64,000 nucleotides of DNA from Candidatus Latescibacterota bacterium (GCA_965203355.1 OZ241889.1:2112001-2176000); one strand, 5' to 3'; numbered from the stretch's first letter, positions 28,062 to 38,359 are shown. The notes: generated from the letters alone by a model not told the origin. Made by a program: numbers and translations.

Positions 28062-29113
28062 TCCACTACTGGATTTTCCAAATAAGCGAGCAGTAACTGC
28101 GCGGTGTTGACGATGCCGTCCCACGCGCAGATTTCGTACCCGTGCGTGTTGTCGCCTGGGTAGCCAATCAACGCCGCGCGGGCAATGGCCCCGGACGTTT
28201 TGGCAATTGACGAGTCGCTGGAGTACGAAGTGAGGACGGCCGTTTGCGTACCGAACCCGCAAGCGGTGGCCAGGGCGTCAAAGCGGTCGATGATGCGCGC
28301 GTCGTACAGACCGCGACTGTCGCGGACGCCGATGATGGGATTGCCGCTATTGGCCGTGCCGTATTCGGTTGCCGCGGGTGCGATGTCAACGGCAACGGCC
28401 GCGTCAACCGGCAGCCGCCCGAGCGCGTAGATCGCGCCGTGACCGCCGATTTCTTCGCTGGAGCTGGCCACGAGATATACGTCTTGAGCGGGTCGGCTCT
28501 CCCGCAAGTGCCAGCCCACTTCGAGCATGGCCGCCAAGCCGGCGCGGCAATCGAGATTGTAGCCGCAGATGCAATCGCCTAGCCGCCAGAGCGTCTTGTG
28601 TTTGCCAGCGATGACGACCCGAGTGCCGGCGCGGATCCCGCGCTGAGCCAGTTCCTCGGCCGCGAGCCTCGTTTCAATCCACATCTGTTCCCACTTGATG
28701 GGTTGACCGTCTTTGAGTTGCCCGGCTGGACTTTCTGTGGAGACGTGTTTGGCACCGATGGAGAGCACGCCCGGGCAAAGGCCGTCCCGCGCTAGAATTT
28801 CTACTGGACTCTCGCCTAGTGCCCAAGGGTGCAAGCCGCCCAATGGCTGTATCCTAATTTTGCCGTCGGATTCAATGCGCTTGACGATTAGAGCGATCTC
28901 GTCCTTGTGGGCGACAGCGGCCACGGGCTGGTCGCGGCTTTGGCCCTTGATGTGGATGATGATGTTGTCGGCTGCGTCCTGCCAGACAGCGTCGCCGATG
29001 GGGGCGGCGAGCTCGGTGACGAGGGCGTCCATTGCGGATTCCGCGCCCGAGGGCGCGTGTGCGGCGAGCAGTTGCTCGACCAAGCCGTAGAGGCGTTGGG
29101 CATCAATGGTCAT
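28058..29113 (-). CDS. M42-family metallopeptidase
   Basis: 'PSGAE', 'AHKDEI', 'LDCRAG', 'SEEIG', 'THGYE'. Confidence 0.85.
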   Translation of the reverse strand: MTIDAQRLYGLVEQLLAAHAPSGAESAMDALVTELAAPIGDAVWQDAADNIIIHIKGQSRDQPVAAVAHKDEIALIVKRIESDGKIRIQPLGGLHPWALGESPVEILARDGLCPGVLSIGAKHVSTESPAGQLKDGQPIKWEQMWIETRLAAEELAQRGIRAGTRVVIAGKHKTLWRLGDCICGYNLDCRAGLAAMLEVGWHLRESRPAQDVYLVASSSEEIGGHGAIYALGRLPVDAAVAVDIAPAATEYGTANSGNPIIGVRDSRGLYDARIIDRFDALATACGFGTQTAVLTSYSSDSSIAKTSGAIARAALIGYPGDNTHGYEICAWDGIVNTAQLLLAYLENPVVD

Positions 29114-29201
29114 AGAGTGCTCCTAATGGAAAATGGACCAAGATAATTAGGAGCAACCTGCTGTGCAATGAAAACGCCGCTACGGGAAACTGGCCAAGCG
29201 A

Positions 29202-29810
29202 TCAGGCGGCCGCAGCGAGCGATCCGATTACTTCTTCGGCCAGCCCGCGCAAGGTCTTTTGCAGCCGCAGGCGGCCCCGGTTGACGCGCGATTTGACCGT
29301 GCCTACCGGGCAGTTGATGATCTTGGCAATTTCCTCGTATGAGAGTCCTTTCAAATCGCGGAGGAGCACGGCGGCGCGAAATTCTGAGGGCAGGTTCTCA
29401 ATGGCGGCGACGACGAGGGACTTGACGCGGTTGCCGTCGGTTTGTTCTCCGGGGAGTGGGTCTTTGGCCACCGGTTCGTAAAAGGCGGTTGTCTGTTCGT
29501 CGTCGCTGGGACTGATCGGAATCCAATTCCAGCGCTTGCGGCGGCGCAACTCGGTTTTGGCTAAGTTGCCGGCAATGGTGTAGAGCCAAGTGGAAACTTG
29601 TTCGATGGCTGGGTACTGGTGGCTGTGGCGCAGGCAGCGGAGAAAAGTCTCTTGCACGATATCCTCGGCTGTTTCTTTGTCGCCGACAAAGCGATAGACA
29701 AAGTTGTACAAGGGGATGCGGTAGCGTTTGACCAGTACGTTGAGGTGGCCTTGGTTTTCGGCCGCCCGCAGCAAGATTTCCCGATCCGTGAGTTCATTCA
29801 TAGCTATCAT
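29202..29810 (-). CDS. ECF sigma-70 factor (RpoE-like)
   Basis: 'AEDIVQETFLR', 'STWLYTIA.N', 'LSYEEIA..INCPVGTVKSRVNRGR'. Confidence 0.92.
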   Translation of the reverse strand: MIAMNELTDREILLRAAENQGHLNVLVKRYRIPLYNFVYRFVGDKETAEDIVQETFLRCLRHSHQYPAIEQVSTWLYTIAGNLAKTELRRRKRWNWIPISPSDDEQTTAFYEPVAKDPLPGEQTDGNRVKSLVVAAIENLPSEFRAAVLLRDLKGLSYEEIAKIINCPVGTVKSRVNRGRLRLQKTLRGLAEEVIGSLAAAA

Positions 29811-29870
29811 GGTTGTGCTCCTTTCTGGTGCGATTCAAGCGCCTATCGTCCTGATGGCTCTGTGTACATA

Positions 29871-29886
29871 TGCAATAATCGTGCCA
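29871..29886 (-). promoter_or_regulatory. Sigma54 (-24/-12) promoter for the ECF sigma gene
   Basis: Minus strand reads TGGCACGATTATTGCA, matching TGGCACG-N4-TTGCW. Confidence 0.8.
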
Positions 29887-29963
29887 TTCATGTATTAAGG
29901 TGAAAATATGCGCCTTATTGCTCGTTTTTAGGGGTAATTGGCGACAAAAAGCTGGATATAGCA

Positions 29964-29995
29964 CTCAAAAATCTGAGAATTCTCAGATTTTTGAG
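29964..29995. promoter_or_regulatory. Perfect 32-bp palindrome; candidate enhancer (UAS) or operator
   Basis: CTCAAAAATCTGAGAA|TTCTCAGATTTTTGAG. Confidence 0.65.
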
Positions 29996-30004
29996 GCGCG
30001 TCTT

Positions 30005-30033
30005 TTGACAGGTACCGGGGCAAGCGGTAGATT
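30005..30033 (+). promoter_or_regulatory. Sigma70-type promoter for the SEC-C gene/rfbC
   Basis: TTGACA-17bp-TAGATT. Confidence 0.65.
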
Positions 30034-30081
30034 TCGCCCCGGTAAATTCACCCGCGTACTTGCTGAAAATGGAGTGCTTTC

Positions 30082-30699
30082 GTGCAAGAGTTGGCCACGC
30101 GCTTGGAGGCCTTGTGCCAAGCCAAGGGGGCGGAAAAATTCTCGGCTGAAGAAATAGTCGAGTTGTTGACAGATGGCGAAGAGGTAGGTTGGATCGTCGA
30201 TCAAATACTACCAGCGGCCACTGAGGCCGATCGCAGCGAAATGGGCCAAGTGCTGGCCGAGATTGCCGCGGCGGCGGCGTCTGCTGATGTCGCAGATACC
30301 GACGATGAAGAACCGGCCGCCGTGGCGGATTTGGACTTGGCCCAATTCCAGCAAGCCCTGCCGCCCGGAGTTGACGTGCAGCAAGTCGAGCAAATGCTGC
30401 GCTCGCCCCGGGGAGCTATGCTGGCCGATTTTAGTGCCTTTTGCCAAGAGCGCGGGTTCGATGGCGAGTTGGGTCAAGCAGAGATGAGCGAGGCCATGCG
30501 GGCATTGCACGAGGAGTGGTTGCAGACGCCGCGCCCGGCGTTAAAAGGGAAAAAACCGGCCGACGCACTGGAGGGCGGTCGGCTCTTTCCCGGCAAGGTA
30601 GAGACCTTCCGCCGCGAAACCCCCAAGGTCGGACGCAACGATCCGTGTACCTGCGGCAGCGGCAAGAAGTTCAAAAGATGCTGCGGCAAGGCCGCTTGA
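30082..30699 (+). CDS. SEC-C metal-binding motif protein
   Basis: C-terminal '[21 protein letters not shown]'. Confidence 0.85.
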   Translation: MQELATRLEALCQAKGAEKFSAEEIVELLTDGEEVGWIVDQILPAATEADRSEMGQVLAEIAAAAASADVADTDDEEPAAVADLDLAQFQQALPPGVDVQQVEQMLRSPRGAMLADFSAFCQERGFDGELGQAEMSEAMRALHEEWLQTPRPALKGKKPADALEGGRLFPGKVETFRRETPKVGRNDPCTCGSGKKFKRCCGKAA

Positions 30700-30700
30700 G

Positions 30701-31243
30701 ATGGCCCAGATCGGCCCCTCCACGGCCATTGAAGGCGTCTATATCGCCGAGTTACAGTCGCACGGCGACGAGCGGGGCCGCTTTACCGAAGTGTACCGCA
30801 AAGAGTGGTTTCCCCAGCGCGGCTGGGATGCCTTGCAGTGGAGCCGCTCGGAGTCGCAGCAGGGGGTGCTGCGCGGCTTGCACTATCACCACCACCAAGT
30901 TGACTACTGGCACTGTGGCATGGGCAGGTTGCGCGTCGGGCTGCTCGATCTGCGCTGTAGTTCGCCGACGTGTCGGCAGGGGCAAGTCATCGAATTAGAC
31001 CAAGAGGCATTGCGGGGCGTCTTTATTCCGGCGGGGGTAGCGCATGGCTTTTACGCCGTCACCGACGCCATGCTTTTCTACTTAGTCGATGCCTACTACG
31101 ACGGCACGGACGAGTGGGGCGTGGCTTGGGACGATCCCGATGCGGGGTTGGACTGGGGTATTGAAGGGGGGCCGATTCTCTCGCCGCGAGACCAAAACAA
31201 CCCGAGGTTGCGGGATATTCCACTAGAGGAGTTGCCGAATTAA
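30701..31243 (+). CDS. rfbC: dTDP-4-dehydrorhamnose 3,5-epimerase
   Basis: 'HGDERGRFTE', 'GVLRGLHY', 'DLRCSSPT', 'IPAGVAHGF', 'WDDPD'. Confidence 0.9.
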   Translation: MAQIGPSTAIEGVYIAELQSHGDERGRFTEVYRKEWFPQRGWDALQWSRSESQQGVLRGLHYHHHQVDYWHCGMGRLRVGLLDLRCSSPTCRQGQVIELDQEALRGVFIPAGVAHGFYAVTDAMLFYLVDAYYDGTDEWGVAWDDPDAGLDWGIEGGPILSPRDQNNPRLRDIPLEELPN

Positions 31244-31280
31244 ATTACTGTAGCAAACAAAAAAAGGATATATCACCCAA

Positions 31281-32759
31281 ATGGAAGTCACCATCTCATC
31301 GTTCACAACACTGTGCATCGGCTTCGTACTTGGCGGGCTCGTTATAGGCTTAATTGTGAAACTCCGCACCCGCAGCAGCGATGCTCTCCGCGCCGAAATC
31401 AACACAGCTCAAAGCCGCATTCAAGATATTCTAGGCACCGCCGAGCAGCACAAAAAAGAAGCCGCACAATACCGGATTCAAGCTGCCGAAAGCGAGAAAG
31501 AGCAGGTGCGTCTTCAAACCCGCTTTGAACTCACTCAAACCGACTTAAAAAAACTCCAGTCCGAAAACTCAGATCTAAAAAAACGAATCGAGGATAATCA
31601 AAAAGAAGCGACAGCGATTGCCACCACTAACGCCGACCTCAAAGCCAAACTTGATGCGACCAACAAACAACTCGTGGAAAGAACTGACATCGAAAATACC
31701 CTTCTTGCCCAATTCAAAAACATCGCCACTGATGCTATTACCAATAACAACGAACAATTCCTCAAAAACGCTGACGACAAAATCGGAGCACTCGTCAAGC
31801 AAGCCAGCTCCGACTTTTCTCTCAGTAAAGACGCAGTACAAGAGATCATCAAGCCTTTGTCCGACGAACTCAAGCGCATCGAAGAAGCTCGCAACCAAGC
31901 TCAAGGGAGTCTCAAAGAGCAGATTTCAACTCTTGTCGAAAACAATAGTGCTCTGACGCGAGAAACCCGCAATCTCACTAACGCCCTCAAACGTCCAGAA
32001 GTCCGCGGAGCATGGGGCGAAGTTCAACTTCGCCGCGTAGTGGAACTAGCTGGGATGGTCAAGTACTGCGACTACGAAGAACAGATCAGCATTGAATTAG
32101 ACGATGGCAACCGCGAGCGTCCCGACATGGTCGTCCGTATGCCCAACCAACGCACTATCATCATTGACGCCAAAGCTCCCATGAACGCATATCTCGAAGC
32201 CATAGAATCCGACAATGACACAGATCGTGCAGAAGCCATGAAAGAGCATGCCCGTCAAGTCCAAGATCGTGCCCGTGCTCTGGGCCAAAAATCCTACCAA
32301 GAAAAATTCAACTCTCCCGACTTCGTAGTTATGTTTATACCTGGCGAAGCCTTCCTACAACCCGCCCTTGAAATAGATCGCGGACTCATTGACAAAGCCA
32401 TGCAACGAAAGGTGGTAATTGCCACGCCTAGTACGCTCATGGCGCTCCTCAAAGCCGTCGCTATGGGCTGGCGCGAAGCGCAGGTTGCCGAGGAAGCCGC
32501 CAGAATAGCCGCCCTTGGACAAGAACTTCATGACCGGATCAATACATTCGCAAATCATATAAACGACATGAGAACCTCTCTCACTAGAACCGTCGAATTT
32601 TTCAACAAAAGCGTTGGTTCCCTCGAATCAAGAGTCCTCATCTCTGCCCGCCGCTTCAAGGAACTAGGCATCGCCTCCAGCCAAGACATACCCGAACTCC
32701 AAGAAGTCGAAGTCCAAATACGCGAACCCCGTTCCTTTCCTGCCGGTGAGGAAAATTGA
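31281..32759 (+). CDS. rmuC: DNA recombination protein RmuC
   Basis: N-terminal TM + coiled coil; 'RGAWGEVQL', 'RPDMVVRMP', 'IIIDAK', 'DFVVMFIPGE', 'ATPSTLMALL'. Confidence 0.92.
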   Translation: MEVTISSFTTLCIGFVLGGLVIGLIVKLRTRSSDALRAEINTAQSRIQDILGTAEQHKKEAAQYRIQAAESEKEQVRLQTRFELTQTDLKKLQSENSDLKKRIEDNQKEATAIATTNADLKAKLDATNKQLVERTDIENTLLAQFKNIATDAITNNNEQFLKNADDKIGALVKQASSDFSLSKDAVQEIIKPLSDELKRIEEARNQAQGSLKEQISTLVENNSALTRETRNLTNALKRPEVRGAWGEVQLRRVVELAGMVKYCDYEEQISIELDDGNRERPDMVVRMPNQRTIIIDAKAPMNAYLEAIESDNDTDRAEAMKEHARQVQDRARALGQKSYQEKFNSPDFVVMFIPGEAFLQPALEIDRGLIDKAMQRKVVIATPSTLMALLKAVAMGWREAQVAEEAARIAALGQELHDRINTFANHINDMRTSLTRTVEFFNKSVGSLESRVLISARRFKELGIASSQDIPELQEVEVQIREPRSFPAGEEN

Positions 32760-32768
32760 GGAGCAAAA

Positions 32769-33632
32769 ATGCCCTTTGACCTTCTAACCGCGCTTTTAGA
32801 CACGCAAGCGTTGCGCCTTGCCCCACCGGGCGAGGTGTTTTGGTACACCTCGGGTACCGTCGGCCCCTATTACATCAATACCGAATATCTCTATGGCGGG
32901 CCAGAGCAAGCGCAGCTACTGCTCGCCTTCATTGACGAGCGCAAAGAGGACGCGGATTTTCCGCAGCGTTTGCAGGAACGGGTGGAAAAGCAATACGCGG
33001 AAAATGCCGTGTATCGCCAAGTCGTCGATGGGTTGGTCGCGCTGGCGCGAGAAAACGGGGCGGATTTTAACGGCGTATCCGGCGGCGAGCGGCGCGATTG
33101 GTTTTTTTCTCTCGCCGTAGCCGAGCGGTTGGGAAAGCCGGCGCTGTTGATTTACAAGGACGGGCGCACGGTGGTGCTGGATGGCCAAACGCTGCGACCC
33201 GGGTGCGCCAACGACATGGACGTGCTGCATGTGGCCGACTTGGTGACCGAGGCGTCGAGTTACGTGCGCGATTGGCTCCCGGCCGTGGCCGCAGGTGGGG
33301 GGCGGATAGCGTATGCGGCCAATGTGATCGACCGGGGCCAAGGTGGCCTTGAGACGCTCGCCAAGCAGGGCGTTGCGGCCGGAGCGCTCATGCGGATCGA
33401 CGACGCCCTGTTTGACCGCTTATGCGCGATGGGGCAGATTGACGCGAGGCGCCATGCCTTGCTCATCCACTACCGCCGCGACCCACACGCGGCCATGCGG
33501 GCCTTTCTCCAAGATCATCCCCAGATTGTGCGAATGGCTCTCCAGGGAGACGATGCTAAGGCCGCTGCGCGCGCGCGCTTATTGGTGGCTGAAAATCCCT
33601 ACGCGCTCGACGAGTCGCGCTGGCGGGATTGA
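32769..33632 (+). CDS. Type I phosphoribosyltransferase (orotate PRTase-like)
   Basis: 'FWYTSGTVGPYYIN', 'SGGERRDW', degenerate PRPP loop 'HVADLVTEAS', 'VIDRGQGG'. Confidence 0.7.
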   Translation: MPFDLLTALLDTQALRLAPPGEVFWYTSGTVGPYYINTEYLYGGPEQAQLLLAFIDERKEDADFPQRLQERVEKQYAENAVYRQVVDGLVALARENGADFNGVSGGERRDWFFSLAVAERLGKPALLIYKDGRTVVLDGQTLRPGCANDMDVLHVADLVTEASSYVRDWLPAVAAGGGRIAYAANVIDRGQGGLETLAKQGVAAGALMRIDDALFDRLCAMGQIDARRHALLIHYRRDPHAAMRAFLQDHPQIVRMALQGDDAKAAARARLLVAENPYALDESRWRD

Positions 33633-33633
33633 G

Positions 33634-36600
33634 CTATCCCGCTGCTGCAGTTTCTAATTCTTCGCCCTCGACCCGCACCGAAACAAGCTGAGAAACCCCT
33701 TCCTCGGGCATGGTGACGCCGTGCAGAGCGTCGGCGGCCGCCATGGTGATCTTGTTGTGCGTCACGACGACGAACTGGGTCTCGCCGGCAAATTCCTTGA
33801 GCACGCGCACGAAGCGATTGATGTTGGCGTCGTCGAGCGGGGCATCGACTTCATCGAGGATGCAGAACGGGCTGGGTTTGACTTGGTAGATGGCAAAGAG
33901 CAGCGCGATGGCCGTCAGTGCCCGCTCGCCGCCCGACAGCAGGGCAATGTTTTGCAGGCGTTTGCCGCGTGGACGGGCGATGATGTCGATGTGAGCCTCT
34001 AGCGCATCGACGTTTTCTTCGAGATAGAGATCGGCTTCGCCGCCGGGGAAGAAGCGGACAAAGGTCTCTTTGAACGTCGCGCGGATCTGCTCGAAAGACT
34101 TGAGGAACATTCGCCGCGCCGTGCGGTCAATGAGGCCGAGGGTTTTCTTTAAATCTTCGGCGGCGATGACTAGATCATCGCGCTGTTGGCGGAGAAAGTC
34201 GTAGCGCTCCTTTTGTTCTCGATGTTCTTCCAAGACGCCTAAGTGTACCGAGCCTAAGCGATGTAGGGACTGCCGCAACTGGTCAATGCGCTGTTGCGCC
34301 GCTTCCTCGTCGATGGCTTCGTCGAGAGGCCCTAGGGCCGAGACATCGCAGTGATACTCCTCCTGCAAGCGCGTGCGAAGGTGCCGAGCCTGTAGCTGCA
34401 ACTCGGAGATGCGCACTTCGAGGCTCGTGCGGCGCTCGCGCTGCTCGTTGAGTTGCCGCTGCAAGTGGCTGATGTTTTCCTGCAACTCGCGGTTTTGTGC
34501 ATTGGCTGCGGCCCAGTGCTGGCGACGCTGGTCTTGCTCGGTAGCCAAGGTCTCGCGGCCTTGATGCAGCCCCTTGAGTTCGTCGGCCAAGGCCGTGCGA
34601 CGCGCACTGCACTCGGCCTGTTGACGCTCGGCCTCGGCCCCTTCAGCCGCTAGCCGCTCGATGTTATTGTGCAGATTCTCGTCGATGTTTTGCAGGCGGG
34701 TGGCGTCGCGCTCTAGCCCTTGGACTATTTCGGCGGTGCGGGCGTGTTCCACCTGAAGGGTGCCGAGTGCCTCGCGCTGCGTGCGGCGGCGGGTTTCGCT
34801 CTTTTTGAGCTCTTCTTCCAAGGAACTGCTTTCCTCGCTGAGACGGGTGCTCTCGGCCTCGTTGTGGCGTAGGTGCTCGGCTTGTTCGGCGATGCTTTGG
34901 TCTAGTGCTTGGCCGCGCTTGGCTAAGCTGGTGCTTTCACGGTGGAGTTGCTCGAGGCGTACGGCGAGCCGCTCGGCGTCGGTGCTGGCGCGCTGGTGCT
35001 GGTGGACCTGCTCGCGCTCCTTGGCGCGCCCAGTTTCGCTTTCAGCGGCTAGGCTCTCTAGGCATTGCGTGAGCGCGGCGAGTTGCGCGGCGAGTGTGTC
35101 TAGCCGGGGGCCGAGGGCTGCGTAGCGGGCTTTTTGGTGGGCGACGAGCGAGCGCAGGGTGCGGATTTCCCGCCCGCGGCCGAGGACGCCTGAATCCTCG
35201 GCTTGACTCTGGCCGCCCGATGCGAGGCCAAAGAGATCGACGGCATCGCCGTCGGGCGTGACGCAGCGCACGTAGGCATCCGGGTAGCGGCGCGTCAGAG
35301 CCAATGCGGTTTGCAGGTCATCTACTAGAAAGGTGTTGTGCAAGAGGCCGGCGATTAGGGAGGTGATGGAGGCTTCGGGTTGCACGTAGTTCAGCAGCGG
35401 GCCGCGCAGCCCGGGCATGGGCTCTGGGGTTAAAGCCGGGCCGAGGGTGCGCGGGGGAGCCGCTAGCGAGAGAATGCCGACGCGCCCGCAACGCTCTCGG
35501 AGATGGGCAATGCCTTTGAGCAGGCCCCGGTCCGAGTCGGCGATCAGGGCTTGTAGGGCCTCGCCGAGGGCGACCTCGACCGCGCGGGCGCATGCTGTTT
35601 CGACCTCGACTAGATCGCCTAATACGCCGCGGAAGAGAGCGGCGTGGGGCGATTCGAGCATCAAGGTGCGAACCCCGCTTTGATAGCCTTCGTAGCTAGC
35701 GCGGACTTTTTCGAGGACTTGGAGCCGCGCTTGGTTGGCCTCAGCGGCGCGCCGGGCCGCATCGCGTTGTGCGCCGAGGTCGCCGAGGTCCGCCTCGGTT
35801 TGGTCGCGGGCGGCGAGGGCCGTGGTGCGCTGTTGTTGGCCGGTGGATAACTGCTGGCGAGTTTCGGCGAGAGCGGCTTCGGCCGCTTCGGCCGCTTGCA
35901 GTGCTTGGTCGCGCTCGGCTGTGGCAGCGTCCTCTTCGGTGCGGATGGCAACGGCGCGCTCGTCGAGGGCGTCGCGCTCGGCCTGTTGGCGCTCGAGCGC
36001 TCGGCTTATTTCGCTTCCTTGGCGCAGGTGATCCATGCGCCCGCGCTGGCGTTGGTCTAGCGCGGCTCGGCCGCGGTCGTATTCCGCTTCGGCTTGGGCG
36101 GTGCGCTGCTGGTGGGTCTGCAATTTTTGCTCTATTTGCACCAAGGTCGCGCGCGCTTCATCGCGGTGCGCGATATTGTCGCGGTGCTGTTGCTGCACGG
36201 CTTCGAGCTGGCGGCTGTAATCGGCGTGCTCGCGGGCCGTGCGTTTGCGGATTTGTTCGGCGGCCTCGCGCCGCTCGCGCACGGCTACAAGACGCTGTTC
36301 GCGCTCGTGGATGGCTTCGATGCGGCGATTGAGCTCAAGGCCCGCTTCCTGCATGGCCTTCTCGGCTTCCGTCAGCACGAGGCGGGCCTTTTCGAGCTCG
36401 GCCTCACGGCCGGTGAAACGGGTATAGCCTTCTTCGGCCGCTTGGCTGAGTGCGGCGAATTCGTCTTGCAGTGGGTTGATTTGAGTGTTGAGGGCGAAGA
36501 AGCGCTGGCGCCCTAAGCGCACGTCGATCTGGTCCAATTCCCCTTTGAGTTCGCGGTAGCGGCGCGCGCGGCCTACTTGGCGACCGAGATAGTCAACTTG

Positions 36601-37200
36601 GCGTTTGACCTCGGCGATGATGTCTTCAATCCGCTGTAGGTCGGCTTGGGTGGCTTCTAGGCGGTTCCGCGTGGAGCGCCGGCGCACTTTGTACTTGGTG
36701 ATGCCGGCGGCCTCTTCGAGGATGCGGCGGCGGTTCTCGGTCTTGTCGCTGATGATTTCATCGACCATGCCCTGCTCCATTACCGCATAAGCACCTTGGC
36801 CCAAGCCGGTATCCATGAGCAGGTTGGTAATGTCTAGGAGGCGGCAGGGAATCTTGTTGAGCAGATAATCGCTTTCGCCGGAGCGGAAAAGACGCCGGGT
36901 TAGCACGACCTCGGCGAATTCGACGGGCAGCGCGTTGTCGCGGTTTTCAATCGCCAGCGCGACTTCGGCCATGCCGAGGGCCTTGCGCTGGCGCGTGCCG
37001 GCGAAAATCACGTCTTCCATGCGCTGGCTGCGGAACGTGCCGGTGCGCTGTTCGCCTAAGACCCAGCGGATGGCTTCCACCACATTGGACTTGCCACAGC
37101 CATTGGGGCCGACGATGGCGGTGATGCCCGGTTCAAAGGGAATGACGATCTTTTGGGCGAAGGACTTAAAACCGAAGATCTCAAGTTGATTGAGGCGCAC
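33634..37200 (-). CDS. smc: Chromosome segregation protein SMC
   Basis: 'GFKSFA', 'GPNGCGKSN', hinge, 'LSGGE', 'LDEVDAPLD'. Confidence 0.96.
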   Translation of the reverse strand: MRLNQLEIFGFKSFAQKIVIPFEPGITAIVGPNGCGKSNVVEAIRWVLGEQRTGTFRSQRMEDVIFAGTRQRKALGMAEVALAIENRDNALPVEFAEVVLTRRLFRSGESDYLLNKIPCRLLDITNLLMDTGLGQGAYAVMEQGMVDEIISDKTENRRRILEEAAGITKYKVRRRSTRNRLEATQADLQRIEDIIAEVKRQVDYLGRQVGRARRYRELKGELDQIDVRLGRQRFFALNTQINPLQDEFAALSQAAEEGYTRFTGREAELEKARLVLTEAEKAMQEAGLELNRRIEAIHEREQRLVAVRERREAAEQIRKRTAREHADYSRQLEAVQQQHRDNIAHRDEARATLVQIEQKLQTHQQRTAQAEAEYDRGRAALDQRQRGRMDHLRQGSEISRALERQQAERDALDERAVAIRTEEDAATAERDQALQAAEAAEAALAETRQQLSTGQQQRTTALAARDQTEADLGDLGAQRDAARRAAEANQARLQVLEKVRASYEGYQSGVRTLMLESPHAALFRGVLGDLVEVETACARAVEVALGEALQALIADSDRGLLKGIAHLRERCGRVGILSLAAPPRTLGPALTPEPMPGLRGPLLNYVQPEASITSLIAGLLHNTFLVDDLQTALALTRRYPDAYVRCVTPDGDAVDLFGLASGGQSQAEDSGVLGRGREIRTLRSLVAHQKARYAALGPRLDTLAAQLAALTQCLESLAAESETGRAKEREQVHQHQRASTDAERLAVRLEQLHRESTSLAKRGQALDQSIAEQAEHLRHNEAESTRLSEESSSLEEELKKSETRRRTQREALGTLQVEHARTAEIVQGLERDATRLQNIDENLHNNIERLAAEGAEAERQQAECSARRTALADELKGLHQGRETLATEQDQRRQHWAAANAQNRELQENISHLQRQLNEQRERRTSLEVRISELQLQARHLRTRLQEEYHCDVSALGPLDEAIDEEAAQQRIDQLRQSLHRLGSVHLGVLEEHREQKERYDFLRQQRDDLVIAAEDLKKTLGLIDRTARRMFLKSFEQIRATFKETFVRFFPGGEADLYLEENVDALEAHIDIIARPRGKRLQNIALLSGGERALTAIALLFAIYQVKPSPFCILDEVDAPLDDANINRFVRVLKEFAGETQFVVVTHNKITMAAADALHGVTMPEEGVSQLVSVRVEGEELETAAAG

Positions 37201-37328
37201 GGTCGAGCTCCTGCCGGGCGCTGGGGAAGGGCGCTCCGCTGGGGGAGAGGGTGAGATGTGGGCGATGCTAGGGGAGTTGGTTAGTACTCAAAACAAAACG
37301 AGAAACGCTGTCAAGGCCATGGCCGCGC

Positions 37329-37817
37329 TCAGAAGTCCAAAGCCGAATCATCGACCGTGGTTGGATCGTCTTCCTTGCCCATGGCGATGATGTGCTCGGC
37401 CGCGATTTCTTGGCGCCCGGCGTACCCGGCGTTCAGTTCGTGCCAATAGGCGACTTGGGGTTCGCCGCGCTGCCAGCACAGCAGCACCCAACGGCCTTGG
37501 TAGGTGGTGGGGAAGTCGAGGAGGCCGCGATCGAGACCGCCGACCGGGAAGCGGATGCCTTCGGCTATGATTTCCTCGGTGACGATGCGCTTGATGTCGA
37601 TGATTAGGTCGTTGACGCGGCAACGGTGCTGGTCGAAGGCAGCGCGGTCGGGGTTGGTGCTGCGGGTGACCGCTTGGCCCCAGAGCGCGTCGAGAATTTG
37701 CAATTGTTGGTCGTGATAGCGGACGGCTCCCTTCTTGACCTCTATGCGCTGGAGCGCGTCTTCTAGCTGAGGCAGTTTGGCGTTGGCCTCTTCAATGGTA
37801 AATGCCTTGCGCGTCAT
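37329..37817 (-). CDS. DUF2203-family protein
   Basis: 'FTIEEANAKLP', 'GLLDFP', 'LLCWQRGE..VAYWHE..GYAGR'. Confidence 0.8.
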   Translation of the reverse strand: MTRKAFTIEEANAKLPQLEDALQRIEVKKGAVRYHDQQLQILDALWGQAVTRSTNPDRAAFDQHRCRVNDLIIDIKRIVTEEIIAEGIRFPVGGLDRGLLDFPTTYQGRWVLLCWQRGEPQVAYWHELNAGYAGRQEIAAEHIIAMGKEDDPTTVDDSALDF

Positions 37818-38003
37818 GGGGTTTTGTCGGCTTTGTCGGATGGGCGCCGTTTGCTTGTCATGCGGCAAAGTATAGGCATTGAGATGCCGCGCTACAAGCC
37901 CTTGCGCTGCTTTTGGCGATGCGTGATATTTAGCCCTGTTTTGCAACGTGGAAGGGGCCGGCGCAGCCAGTCCCGTCTTTTTATTTCAGGTTGAAGTTCA
38001 CCT

Positions 38004-38291
38004 ATGGCGGTTACTATAGAAGAGGTCCGCGAGGTCGCCGAGTTAGCGCGGTTGCGCTTTTCGCCGGCCGAGGAAGAAAGGCTCGTCGGAGCCCTGAACC
38101 GCATCTTGCGCTACATGGACACGCTCAACGAGCTAGACACCACCGGCGTAGAGCCAACGTCCCACGTGCTGCCTCTCGCCAACGCGTTTCGCCGCGACGA
38201 GGCCGCGTCCTTTCCCGCCGCGGCCGAAATCGTCGCCGCAGCCCCGCAGCGCCAAGAGGATTACTTCAAAGTTCCGAGCATCATCGATTGA
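38004..38291 (+). CDS. gatC: Asp/Glu-tRNA amidotransferase subunit C
   Basis: 'VAELARL', 'LNELDTTGVEPTSH', 'YFKVP'. Confidence 0.93.
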   Translation: MAVTIEEVREVAELARLRFSPAEEERLVGALNRILRYMDTLNELDTTGVEPTSHVLPLANAFRRDEAASFPAAAEIVAAAPQRQEDYFKVPSIID

Positions 38292-38297
38292 CTATTG

Positions 38298-38335
38298 AGC
38301 CGCGGAGGCAGGGCCCTGTCTCCGCGGCTGTTTTT
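38298..38335 (+). terminator. Intrinsic terminator between gatC and pyrG
   Basis: AGCCGCGGAGGCAGG-GC-CCTGTCTCCGCGGCT followed by GTTTTT. Confidence 0.75.
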
Positions 38336-38359
38336 GGGCGGCTCGAAGGAGCGCACAAC

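Noticed and set aside
37991-38359. 123-aa N-terminal extension of PyrG in the ORF track
   Set aside because: Overlaps gatC and the terminator; a good RBS precedes GTG 38360
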